Shown here one piece after another: positions 10,833 through 22,150 of a stretch of DNA of 38,171 bases. The stretch is from contig NC_068983.1 in NCBI RefSeq assembly GCF_001194135.2, positions 158,440,573 to 158,478,743 of the forward strand. Direction: 5' to 3'. Position 1 is the first letter of the stretch, and each line of letters opens with the position of its first letter. The translations under genes and the position numbers were made by a program. The notes below the pieces were generated by a model. That model ran no database searches. It saw only the letters and a list, made by a program, of their open reading frames with translations, and had not been told where the DNA came from. The stretch is from Octopus bimaculoides. Lineage: Eukaryota.

Positions 10833-11265
10833 AGGCGTGGCTGACTGGATGAGATGCTCTGGATAAGGAGCTTGCTTTTCGACCATGTGGTCTTGTGTTC
10901 AGTCCCACTGCGCGTCACCTGGACGAGTATCTTCTACTATAGTCCCCAGACAATCAAAGCCTTGTGAGTGGATTTGGTAGCGGGAAACGAAAGGAAGCCA
11001 GTCATGTGCGCGCGCGCACGTGTGTGTGTGTGTGTGTGCATGCGTGTATGTATGTCTACTTTGTGTTTGTTCTCCACCACTTGAAAAATTTTGTTGGTTT
11101 GTTTGCGTCCCGGCAATTTGGTAACTTAGTGGTTTGGCAAAAGACACCAATAGAATAAGAGCCAGGCTTTAAAAAAATAAGTATTGGATTGATTTGTTCG
11201 AATAAAACTTTCAAAGCGGTGCCCCAGCATGACCACAGTCCGGTGACTGAAACAAGTAAAAGATT
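10833..11265 (+). mobile_element. tRNA-headed SINE with internal microsatellite (older copy)
   Basis: AGGCGTGGCTG head, GTTCAGTCCCACTGCG B-box-like motif, GCCTTGTGAGTGGATTTGGTAG, internal (GT)n, 3' CCCCAGCATG..TGACTGAAACAAGTAAAAGA. Matches the minus copies at 23.7, 25.8 and 26.7 kb. Confidence 0.85.
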
Positions 11266-12669
11266 AACGAATAAATTAGCTATTTTGCTATATTATTAGA
11301 TCTCGTTATATATTCGTAAACGTTGACTCCAATACTATAAAATAAGTCTTAGCAACTATTTTACTTCTTCTGATTTTATAGAAACAATGCTTCCTTCAAA
11401 TACTAACCAACATCGTCAAAATTATTTATCCATTTATTAATTATTAATACTTGCGCCTAGAATAACAATAGTATTTATGCAACGAACCGTAAAGATGGCT
11501 CTTTTTACTCTATTTAAATTGATATATCCACTGTGATACCAGCTGCTTTATGATGATGAGTAAAGCTGTGTATGTGTAAAGCAATCCCAGGAAAGAATGA
11601 AATACCTATACAGCAAGTGTTTACTGTTATTTCTGACAGCTTAGGTATGTGAAGGCGTACGACCAACTATGCGCTTTTAATCGAATATGTGTTTATGCAT
11701 GCGTGTATATGGTAAAGTTATTTTACGATTATATGAAATAGGGAAGTACAGAGAAATTAGGTTTTCGAGAATTTATAAATCTTATTCCTGTCATGGTGTG
11801 CGTGTTCGCGCTTGTGGTTTTATGTACAATGTCTGTGTGTGTTTGTATGTGTGTCTGTGTAGGTTTGTTTATGTGCTTGTATGTTTGTGTGTGTACCAAT
11901 GCATTTGACCAGAGCTACATCGTAAGCAATGATAATATTTTTCAAATAAACCAATTCAACCAAGTGGTCAGTAAACTTCAGGTCATCAAGTACAGTACGT
12001 TGCTACATCGAATGCTCCTGTTTCTGGTTCAGTGCTTCCTTAAATGTTCTTTTTCAGAACAAGCTGAGTTTCTTTAATTTATGAAAGTTTCTGAAGTAAA
12101 ATAATAGACAGGCTTGGCAAACCAAGGTTTAAATTATTTGCTCTAGATTTAATACTGAAGTAAGACATGTATTTAAGTTGGGTTTCGAAGTTTAAAGGTG
12201 AGGCCAGGCATACTGTGCCGCTGATGTTATTGTTGTTAACTGCAGGTTAGCCTTGGTTGAGCAGACCTGTGATCAAAGGTGTTACAGTCGTGATAATCCC
12301 CTCTTTATGTTTATTTATGACTACATTCTTCAGTGTGGCCGTCCTGATCTTTACACACATATGGTGTGGTTTTTCAAGAAACTTAGCTGCAATTTCTAGC
12401 ATACGGATGCTCTCTCATTGTAGTGGTTCCCGTGTTGTTTTCGTGTTTGGAGTGTCCTCAGGTTTCATATAATATTCCTGTTAAATTTGGGAGGAATGCG
12501 GTTGGGATTTAACAAAAAAAACCCCCCCCAAAAAAAACCCAACAAAACAATAGTTGTGCTTGAAGGGACAGAGTGTAACTGTAAACAAGGTAATATCTTG
12601 AGGTGTATAGTGAGAGATTAGTATTTAGAGGACAGGTATAATGCTTATGGTTTATATATAGCACCAGTA

Positions 12670-12712
12670 CTCGCCCCACCCCTACACTCTTTTGAGTAGT
12701 GGGTGGGGAGAG
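12670..12712. other. GC-rich hairpin with T4 loop
   Basis: CTCGCCCCACCCCTACACTC-TTTT-GAGTAGTGGGTGGGGAGAG; arms largely complementary. Confidence 0.7.
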
Positions 12713-12932
12713 GGGACTTATTGAATGCTTGACAACTACGGCTCTAAATGTGCCCAGCGTAGTAGAATACCTACTTAGCTGCTCAAATCTGTTGCTAGAT
12801 CTTTGCTTAGTTCCTAGTCTACCTTGCTTCAGTTTACGTACTTGTCTGGAATAGTTACTTGATTATCTGTGAATATTGTATGTGATAGACAAGCTTCCTA
12901 TCTAATCATGCACCTACCCACACAATCTCACT

Positions 12933-12988
<56 letters not shown>
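12933..12988. repeat. Compound (TG)n(AG)n microsatellite
   Basis: Read directly. Confidence 0.95.
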
Positions 12989-12990
<2 letters not shown>

Positions 12991-13195
12991 CGAAATCAAC
13001 GTTTTGAAAATTTTGTTTGCCAAATATTGACAATTTGAACAAGAAGGTTGTTGATGGTCTCTCTATCTTGTCAATAGAAAGTTAATATTGTGAATTGACA
13101 AAAAACTTCCAAAGAGCTGGAACAAATACTGTGAAATATTTTAACCGATGCTGTTAAGATACGATTCTGCCAATGCATCGCTTTCATAACTTAAC

Positions 13196-13337
13196 AGATT
13201 CTTTTCTACTCTAGGCACAAGGCCCGAAATTTTGGGGGAGGGGGCCAGTCGATTAGATCGACCCCAGTACGCAACTGGCACTTAATTTATCGACTCTGAA
13301 AGGATAAAAGGCAAAGTCGACTTCGGCGGAACTTGAA
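13196..13337 (-). mobile_element. SINE body fragment (family C), head missing
   Basis: Minus strand GTTCCGCCGAAGTCGACTTTGCCTTTTATCC...GTCGATAAATTAAGTGCCAGTTG is homologous to 15066-15259. Confidence 0.75.
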
Positions 13338-13349
13338 ACACACACACAC

Positions 13350-13690
13350 AACTTCACAGATTGCAAATGGAAAGTCATGTTGGACTGTCTCCCACCCACC
13401 CCAACACATGAATGACCATGGGATTGCACCTAGAAAGTTACCACAAAGGCACAAGTCCGGGCAAGGTTGTTAGTGGAAGGCCGGCAGTCGCCCACGCATA
13501 CCAGCCTCCCCTCTTCACATCACTGATGTTATCCAAGGGAATGCAAAGGCCAATAAAGCTTGGCACCTGTGATGTCACAACTCATTTCTACAGCTGAGTT
13601 AACTGGAGCAACGTGAAATAAAGTGTCTTGCTCAAGAGCACAACACACAGCCCGGTCCGGGAATCGAACTCACAACCTCACGATCGTAAG
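13350..13690 (-). mobile_element. tRNA-derived CORE-type SINE, 5' end clipped
   Basis: Minus strand GAGTTCGATTCCCGGACCGGGCTGTGTGTTGTGCTCTTGAGCAAGACACTTTATTTCACGTTGCTCCAG (B box plus CORE-like block). The 3' tail differs from that of the 9618 copy. Confidence 0.8.
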
Positions 13691-13740
13691 GAGGACTTGT
13701 GGTTGTTAAAGAGGCCATAAGTCAGGGAAAGATGCACTCA

Positions 13741-13835
13741 TATATCTGTCAACAGAGTGAGTATATTATCCGAAGTATCGTATATCTGTCAATAGAGTGG
13801 GTATATTACCCGAAGTATACATCTGTCTGTAGAGA
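13741..13835. repeat. Short minisatellite, 37-40 bp unit, about 2.4 copies
   Basis: TATATCTGTCAACAGAGTGAGTATATTATCCGAAGTATCG / TATATCTGTCAATAGAGTGGGTATATTACCCGAAGTA / TACATCTGTCTGTAGAG. Confidence 0.85.
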
Positions 13836-13959
13836 GCAGTCGCCATATTCCCTTCCATATCGGCTAACTCTGATGAGCGTAAGGTTATATGATCGAATTG
13901 TTATCTAACACTCCATTTTACTCCTTGCGCGAAGCCGATTGGTAAGATCAACCGTGATG

Positions 13960-14034
13960 TATATATAATACTATATATTTCAGATAATGTATATAATACT
14001 ATATATAATATGTATGATAATATATATAATTAAT

Positions 14035-14067
<33 letters not shown>

Positions 14068-14129
14068 ATTGTATCTATAATATATATAATTGTATATAAT
14101 ACACACGCACACACATACATACATACACG

Positions 14130-14164
<35 letters not shown>

Positions 14165-14300
14165 GTATGCATGTATATATGTATGCGTGCATATATGTTG
14201 GTATGTATATATGTATGCATGTGTGTATGTATGTATGTATGTATATATGTAGGTATTTAAATATCTATATTAGATACATACAGCGCGCACGCGTATGTAA
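13960..14300. repeat. Complex (TA)/(CA)/(TATG) low-complexity tract
   Basis: Read directly. Confidence 0.9.
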
Positions 14301-15065
14301 TGTATATTTTTATTATGGCTAGCAGAAAACCGCTTCGAGGATGGTGTTTCCGCTAATATGTACAACTAATACAATATTTACTGTCGTGCCTTATAACATG
14401 TCTAATAAATGATTGATAGACTAATTAGTGTTGTATCTAGTAATATGAATGGCTGATAAAATAATTGCTGCCATATTTAGTAAAATTATAATTGATATAA
14501 TAATTATGTCATGTCTAGTATTATATATAATTGATAATTGGTGCGATAATTCCTGTCATATCTTGTAACATGTATAGTTTGGCATATATTTTTTAATAGA
14601 CTCGCTCGAATATATTTCTGAAGTATAACTGGTCTTTTGAAATGTAAGTTTAATATGCTCTATAGAACTCGCTTTACTGACGTTCGTCAATGATAAAATA
14701 TTCGCTGTTTCTAATTCTGATTTCATGAAATATTATGTGGGTTCACAGATTACAGCTGTCTCCACCATGGGATATTTATTCAAACACTATACCTAGGACT
14801 GTATCATCCAGTGTGTCTTTGTATATTCTTTTTGTGGATGGTAAGTTGTAATTTGAATGGCATTTGGTTGATATTTCTAGGTGCAGGCTCTCTTATCGAC
14901 CCGCTCAGTGGTAGAACACTCGTCTACCATTCAGCTGCTATAGTGCCCTTATTACAAAGTTCTTTTCAATCGCTAGAGCCCTTGATGTAACATCACCAAT
15001 GTATTCAAACAGCTTTATTTTAGGAATCAGTTAACAAAAAAATCGAAATGGATACTTCAAAAATT

Positions 15066-15259
15066 GGTTTCAAATTTTGGAAAAAAGTCAGCAATTTCGG
15101 GGAAGGAACTAAGTCGATTACATCTACCCCTGTGTTCAACTGGTACTTATTTTATCGACCCCTAAAGGATAAAAGATAAATACAGTATTTGAACTCAGAG
15201 TCAGAAAAATGCCACGAAGCATTTTGTCCAATGTGCTAATGATTCTGCCAGCTCACTGT
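15066..15259 (-). mobile_element. tRNA-derived SINE (family C), near full length and decayed
   Basis: Minus strand head AGTGAGCTGGCAGAATCATTAGCAC...GAGTTCAAATAC, body GGGGTCGATAAAATAAGTACCAGTTG. Confidence 0.75.
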
Positions 15260-15375
15260 CTTGCAGTTAAATAATGAATATTTATGTGTGTAGGTATGTG
15301 CATGTGTGTGAATCAGTGTGTGTCTCTGTGTGTCTTCATTTTGGCACCATTTGAGCAACTGTGATATATGTTTAC

Positions 15376-15451
15376 ATGAAAGGCAAAGTCGACCCCGGAC
15401 GAAATGCCACTAAGCATTTACCCCCAGCGAGTTAACGATTCTGCCACCTCA
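15376..15451 (-). mobile_element. Internally deleted SINE head fragment (family C)
   Basis: Minus strand GTGAGGTGGCAGAATCGTTAAC...GCTTAGTGGCATTTCGTCCGGGGTCGACTTTGCCTTTCAT. Confidence 0.7.
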
Positions 15452-16990
15452 CAGACATGGTTACTTCAAATATTTCAAATTAAAAACAGAATGACTCGCA
15501 TTTATAACATGCCTACTCTAAATTGATATCCTTTTATATATTCCATTCACTCTCATCCTATAATTCGTCGTTTGCATAGAATTATTTGAAAAAATTGGTA
15601 ATTTCATGAAGTGTTGAATTGTTGCAGAATTTCTTCCTAATTTCCTTTGTATTTAACATTAGGAGTACTCTGCTTTTTAATCCAAGCTAAATGACTTGGT
15701 TTGGTAAATAGTTATTAAGTGATTAGATAAAGAGTTCTGTAATATGGTCTTTACTATGAAATAAGGCTTTGTCGTACCTTCCTTTTATACAAAACCTTAC
15801 AAAGCCCAACCTATGGTCGTGGGGAAGTCCAGACTGTGTTAACGTTTCCATAAGTTCATTGACCATCTGAAAGCTACTGCTGACATGTTTGTTTACATCT
15901 CTTCTGCTTCACTCAACAAACAGTGCTTACAGAAAGATGGACACCATAGTTACATACCACTAAAAAAAACGTGTCCTAATTAAACAAAATGTTCTAGAAA
16001 AATCTGGAAAATCCAAGAGGGTTAACTTAATGACTGACTGTAAGGTAGTATTAGGATGTAACAAGTCAGTCCCGATAGTGAAAGTGTATCTATTAACTTG
16101 CCAATTATCCCATTTTATTTGATATTATTTCAAATGGCTAACTCTGTTTCTGAGATTAACAACATAGTTGAAAATTGAAGAAAGTGATATTTAATAACAC
16201 TTCAATATTACTTTCATGTAAATTAATTTCTAATAAATAAAATTTCGACTACACACTAACCATGAGTGTATGTATGTGTTAGATTATTTGTATTAGAGGA
16301 GTGTATGTTTCTCACATTTCCATTAGCATCTGCCGCGTCCGCTGTGCATAGATTGCGTAGTTCACATGAAACTAACCGTGATATTTATTCAGCAATTCTA
16401 TCCGATTCTTTGGCAGTAGAGATTTCTAGAATCTATATTTTCTTTGGAAATCTCAACCTCTGCTTATTTAAGCTAATATAAACACATACATATACATACA
16501 TACAAATATTATACATGTATTTAGGTATGTATGAATGTTCGCGTATGTATATGAATGTCTGGGTGAGTATATATATGAGTTACATTTTCTTTTGTTAGCA
16601 GGTCAAGTTTATCCGATTGCTCGTCGGTAACAAAATATTAACAATATGCAAACAAAAATATAGAGTAAACTGATGTGAGAGTTTATTATTCTCAGCTAGG
16701 GTTTGTTATTTAAGCAACATTCCCTTCATTTTAGCCATTCAGAGAAGCTGAACTTGTGAAATATTGTCGTTCTTTCACAATAAAAGATGTTGTTTAGGAT
16801 TTTCATTGCTTATTCGCAAATAATTACGTTAGCAACGATCTACCGACTACCACAAGATTGCCGCCATAAGCAAAAGAGAACAGAGGGAAAGATATTTTAA
16901 AAGCCAATGTCTCGATTATTTACATGAAAATTACTGAAAAATAACTTTATTTTTTTGTCAGCCTAACCTCTCCTTGTCATTAAAAAGATA

Positions 16991-16992
<2 letters not shown>

Positions 16993-17047
<55 letters not shown>
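16993..17047. repeat. (ATT)n microsatellite
   Basis: Read directly. Confidence 0.95.
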
Positions 17048-17048
<1 letters not shown>

Positions 17049-18015
17049 TTTCTTTCTGTGTGACCTTTATTTTTAAGGGTCATATGAAATCCCAACTAGC
17101 TTCCAGATCTATGACAACTATAAATCATCTGAGTAATATCAGCCCTGTTAAATTCACATGAATGGAAATAGTGGTATTAATGTTTTATAGTTATTTTATT
17201 CAATGTATCTTTTTTATTCATTAAAGCGCTCTCTAGAAATGAAGGTACAGAAATTCGGTTACTGAACCTGCTAGATATAGCAGCCAAATCCTCTTCCCTC
17301 TAATCACCTACTCCTGTCTTTAAAAAACAAGGACCCTGTGATTCTAGATTTAAGTTCGAAATTAAGACATGGACAGTTGTCGCTGGAAAGACACTAATCC
17401 AGGGCTTCCCAGACTTTGCCAAATTGCAATATCGCCCACCTATCGACCAAAAAATGCTCCATCGCCCACCTGTGTAAAAGAAACCCTGACACAACCTTCA
17501 CCAACACTTAATCTCCTAGGAGAAACCACCTTCTATCATTTGACACACACACATTATATCGTAGACTCGTTGCCCGGTTTGGACTAAATATGCATAGTTT
17601 ACAAATTCCTTATAGTGGGTTTAGTTTTGCCATTAATGTGAATAAAATTCTAACGTTAGCCAGATTAACTTCAGTAAACTTACGTTTTCTTTTACACTGA
17701 GTTTTATTTTCCCCAAATAAACCATTGATCAGAGCTACCGATGAAAAAATAATTAATGATTGTATTATAAATGAAAAGAAAACTTTGTAATAAGTACCAT
17801 GTATCTGGTGCGATGTAGCTAGTGCAGATACATTCGGTTTCAAACTTGTCAACTTTAGCCGCAAGTCTCCTCATTGTGTCACATCCAGTCCATTTCTTTT
17901 ATGGGAAAGTAAAGTTCCAATATGTCTAAAACCAGATTCAACCAGGTACGAAGTAGGGAAGACAAGCAAAAGTAATTTCAGACGTTTCCGCTGATTGAGG
18001 TAGGAATTCAATATA

Positions 18016-19286
18016 TTGGGTTTTCCGGAAAGTTCGTGCCGATTTATAGTAGCTTACCATTCGACTTATTTTAGAACATGGTTGAGTCCGTAAAATAGGA
18101 TTTGACTACACCTCCACTTTAAGCACAGTTTAAGCTATCTTTTCGTGGAAGAAGGTTTATGTTCCTATAACCTGTGTTAATTATGTAACCCTTTAAAATT
18201 GAAGATAAGAAAGTTCATTTTCGGCACTCGATGCTTTTCTTTTTCCGTAAAGGGAAAACTGCCTCACAAGCAACCAAAGAAATATGCGCAGTTTACGGTG
18301 ATGTTTCTTTATCCGAAAGAACTGTACGGAAGTAGTTCGCAAGGTTCCGAGCTGGAGATTGTAGCCTTATTGATAAAGAACCATCAGGCAGACCATCCAC
18401 TACAGATGATGACCAAATCAAGTCATTCTTTGAGAATAACCCACATTGCACCACCCGAGAATTGACAGAAAGCCCCAACCTATCAAAATCCGTCGTTCAT
18501 GAGCACCTGGTAAAGCCTGGGTACACAAATCACTACGATGTGTGGGTAACACGTGAGTTGAGTGAGAAGAACCTTTTGGATAGCATTTCCATCTGTGATT
18601 CGCTTTATAAACGGAATGAAAACTCGCCTTTTTTAAAGCAAATTGTGACAGGTGATGAAAAATGGATTACCTACAGAAATTTTCTGAGAAAGCGATCCTG
18701 CAGTAAGCAACCTTAGCCACCCCAAAAGCGGATCTTCACCCTAAAAAAGTCTTGCTTTGTGTCTGGTGGAATTGGAAAAGAATTCTGTACTATGAGCTTC
18801 TCTCAAGTAACCAGACAATTAATTCCGAGAAATACTGCACACAACTGGACGAGTTAAAAGCAGCAATTCAAGAGAAACGTCCAGAATTAGCCAACAGGAA
18901 GGGTGTTGTTTTCCAACATGATAATGCAAGACCGCACGTTTCTTTGGGAACCAGACAAAAATTACTGCATCTCGGTTTGGATGTATTACCCAACCCTCCA
19001 TATGCACCAGATATTGCTCCTTCGGATTTCTTATCCAGGTCTCTGCAGAATAGTCTTAATGGTAGAAATTTCAATTCCTTGGATGACGTAAAAAGATACC
19101 TTGATGAATTCTTTGCCATGAAACCACCTTAGTTCTGAGAAGAGGGTATTTTCAAGTTAAAGGAAAGATAGTGACGCATTGAGCAACAAAATGGTTCATA
19201 TTTGTTTGATTAAAAATGTAATGGCATGTATTTATTGACCTTTTTCTTTCCTTTAAAAATCGGCAGGAACTTTCTGGACAACCCAA
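18016..19286 (+). mobile_element. Near-full-length mariner (D,D34D; mellifera-subfamily-like), 1271 bp
   Basis: 30-bp TIRs TTGGGTTTTCCGGAAAGTTCGTGCCGATTT and TTGGGTTGTCCAGAAAGTTCCTGCCGATTT (reverse complement), 3 mismatches. TA TSDs at 18014-15 and 19287-88. Confidence 0.95.
18198..19213 (+). pseudogene. Mariner transposase pseudogene
   Basis: Start codon appears as ATT. HTH region, SGRP, WVTREL (WVPHEL), TGDEKW, HDNARPH, PPYAPDIAPSD. Several TAG/TGA stops and a frameshifting deletion near 18710. Confidence 0.93.
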
Positions 19287-20395
19287 TACTTTGATGCTAC
19301 TACAAACCTTCCTTGCCATTATGGCGATATCGTATTGTGGCGTCATTATCATTTTGTAATTCTATCAATTCCTCCTGAACGTCGTCCTCGCAATCGACTG
19401 CATCAACCTCAAACGGATTACTGTATCGATTTGGAATATTCAGCGCAATAACATCTTGAAATTGCTCCACCACATGGTGGAATCGTGCAATGATTGTAAA
19501 TAGTTGCGATACATAGTTAAATCCTCATCAACCAATTCATCTTTCAAAGAATCAAGTTGTGGAAATTGATGGAACTGACGTTTTGAAATGTTAGTCTTGT
19601 ACAGCATCAATTTCGAAATGAAGGTAGTGATAAATGATTTACAATCAACGAGAGATTTTCTGTTTCCTTGCAATAATTTATTCAAATCATTTAATTTTGC
19701 GAATATATCACAAAGAAAAAAGATATCACACCTTCGATAACCAGGCGAAGTAATGTTTCTCCAATTGTGTGAGACTTCCCAGACTTAGCAACAAGCAATG
19801 CAATGTTGTATGATACAATCAACCCGTCATTCTCCTGTTTACTTGTTTCCTGGAGTAGCATGTTGAATTTTTGTATTTACTTTTTGAAAGAGGCGCTCAG
19901 TTGCAAAAAAAGTATGACAATGGCTTGTCCTTCTTATCAGAATGTTTTGCATCAAAGTGATACTTCAAGTATGAAGGTTTCATTGCTTCATTGGTTAATG
20001 TTTGATGGCAAAGAAGTCACATTGGTAACTGACAGTTCTGAGGAGATGGAATAAATCCAAACGATATATAATCACTACTGTACTGTCAACAAATTATTTT
20101 GATTTGAGGCATCAGTAAAGCGAAAATATGAAAACGAATTTCTCCGGACGGCGTCAGAAAGGCAGTATGGCATTCCCAAAGAGAAGAAGAAATCGATAGA
20201 GCTGAGTCAGACGACACGTCTTTACTGGAGCAAATACGGATCTAATTCATTTGGCTGCCAGCATTTCAAAGATTAAAGTTCATCGAAAATTTAAAAATTT
20301 GGCACATTAATGTACCTTTCCAAGCTAAATTGTTAGAGTTATTCTACTTTTTCCAGAAAACTGCTTTTGAAAAGTTATAAAGGTTTAAAGTTTGA

Positions 20396-20440
20396 TCCCA
20401 CGTTGGGGAATTAATAATTCCCACGTTGGGGAATTAATAA
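20396..20440. repeat. 23-bp-period tandem duplication with internal palindrome
   Basis: TCCCACGTTGGGGAATTAATAA twice; the junction forms GGGAATTA-A-TAATTCCC. Confidence 0.9.
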
Positions 20441-20579
20441 GAATCGTAATATCGTAAGAGAAAACGTTGACTACCGTGTGTGGCGTGTGGGGGTGGGGGT
20501 GGAATGAGCATTACTAGGAGGATGAAGGACAATATTTACTACCTTATAGTCCATTATTATTATTAACATCAGTTTGAGG

Positions 20580-22150
20580 AGTGAAGAACTTATACAGTTG
20601 TTTGTTGTTTATCATCTCTTTGAACAGCTCAGTGTAGGAACTGAACTCATTGTAAACGCCTCTTGCAATTTTTATTTTACGCTCAGGATTAGGATCATTA
20701 CCAGTACAAACATGCATTTCTTCCTCTATATATGTGCCAGCGTTTTAGCAATAATCTTTGTAATCAGCTTAAGTGGTGTACATGAAACTTCCGTTTCCTC
20801 ATCTGTATTCTCAGCTTGTTTCTTTTCCTAACATCATCAGCTCCTCGTTAGATAACGTTTTGTCGATGACTCAAGTAACTCAGTCACATCAGCCTCTATG
20901 GCCTCTTCAAATGCTACATCCTTTGCAAGTGTCGCAATATCTTTCCGAATTTGATGTAGATTTTTTTGCTTGAGGAAACCTTATAATGTCACGGATATAG
21001 TCTGGCCATATACTTTCCCAAGCACTATTTAATATTGAATAACTCAGCTATATTATCCACAGCATCCGTTACGTCGAATTCCTTCCAGAAATTCTCACTG
21101 TAGGTTTATTCTCCCTATGAATTGCTTTCATAAGTTGTTTGAAAGTTTTTCCCATATAATATGCTTTGAAGTTAGCTATTACACATTGGCTGAAGCAAAG
21201 AAGTTGTATTCTTGGGGATATATTCTACACTCACATTATCAAAAATATCAACTAAGTTCGCAGATAAAGCCGTGCTTTGTTGGATGTGTCTAGCACTTTA
21301 CCTTTCTACGATAGAACAAAAAACGTTTGTAAACCCCTCTTTGAAAGTTATCCATACTTTCTTATTTGAACGCCGAATCAGAGGTAGATTAAAGTTTGTG
21401 TAACCCTTGAAAGCCCTTGAATTTTCGGAGTGATACACGTGTAGGGGCTTTAATTTCATATCAGCTGCGGCATTTCCTCTCAAAGGATGTGTCAGATGAC
21501 TTTTGGAAGCTTTAAATCCTGGTGTTGATTTTTCTTCCAGAAAAGTGCAGTTTCATCAACTTGTTCTGATGTGTATGTAGCCCCCTTCAACAGTCATACT
21601 CTTCAACTTCTCAGGATAATTAGTAGCCTGTATCAGCGTACGCAGTTTTAGCATTCATTTTTATGTTGTGCAAATTCATGCACTTCTTAAACTTTTCAAA
21701 CCAGCCTTTAGTAGCCACAAAGGATTTTTCATTAAAAAAATCGTTATATTTTTGAAAATTGTCATATAAACCTTTGACTCCTTTTTGAATTACCATCATG
21801 TTTATCGGCACATTACGCCGATTCTGATCCTCGATCCATACACTCAAAAGTCGTTCCATTTTAAGCATTTTAATAGATCTATGGAAAAATAAGGCTTCTT
21901 GAGCACTTGACATAATTTTCTCTCTGTTTTCACGTATTGTTCCCATTGTAGACGTTGCAAAGATTAATATTTTAGCAATATAACTTAATTATACTTCCGC
22001 CTCAAGTCTTTTTTAAAACATCAAATTTAATATCCAGTGTATCACTTCTTTCCGCACTAGTGCCTCCAGGTCTACTTGGTAGCTTCTTTCCAAACACCTT
22101 AAATTGAAGTCAAATCCAACAGTAGCATGTCGTACAAAAAAAAAGAAATT
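20580..22150 (-). pseudogene. Tigger/pogo (TIGD1-like) transposase fossil
   Basis: ITLDIKFDVLKRLE (HTH-psq-like), KMERLLSVWIEDQNRRNVPI..FVATKGWFEKFK (CENP-B HTH), VDETALFWKK, ENSRAFKG, SNKKVWIT, PKNTTSLLQPM..VIANFKAYY (DDE_1). Many stops and frameshifts; termini not resolved. Confidence 0.88.

Larger units (their letters stand above)
17790..20112 (-). pseudogene. hAT transposase fossil, Buster/Charlie group (ZBED5/FAM200/SCAND3-like), internally deleted and split by a mariner
   Basis: ATG at 20112. MPQIKIIC*QYSSDYISFGFIP...NEAMKPS.LKYHFDAKH...VSYNIALLVAKSGKSHTIGETLL / deletion / DIFAKLNDLNKLLQG...HQFPQL...NPFEVD...QEELIELQND. After the mariner: LVFPTSYLVESGF...RGDLRLKLTSLKPNVSALATSHQ (hAT dimerization domain). 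Confidence 0.88.

Noticed and set aside
11940-12110. Minus-strand protein-like frame with two in-frame stops
   Set aside because: No family motif recognised; could be chance.
14881-14990. Second exon spliced to 14749-14840 through a 40-nt intron
   Set aside because: The intron is implausibly short, the acceptor overlaps a degraded dispersed-repeat motif, and the product has no recognisable homology.
17048-17120. Possible 3' UTR of another TAA-tailed LINE on the minus strand
   Set aside because: No coding remnant and no similarity to the UTR at 7359-7452; cannot be supported.
18752-19132. 126-aa mariner ORF as a functional or domesticated gene
   Set aside because: It is one segment of a transposase broken by a lost start codon, stops and a frameshift, inside intact TIRs.
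21620-21946. 108-aa CENP-B-HTH ORF as a domesticated TIGD gene
   Set aside because: Flanked in-element by frameshifts and stops; the DDE domain is decayed and the QPMD aspartate is lost.
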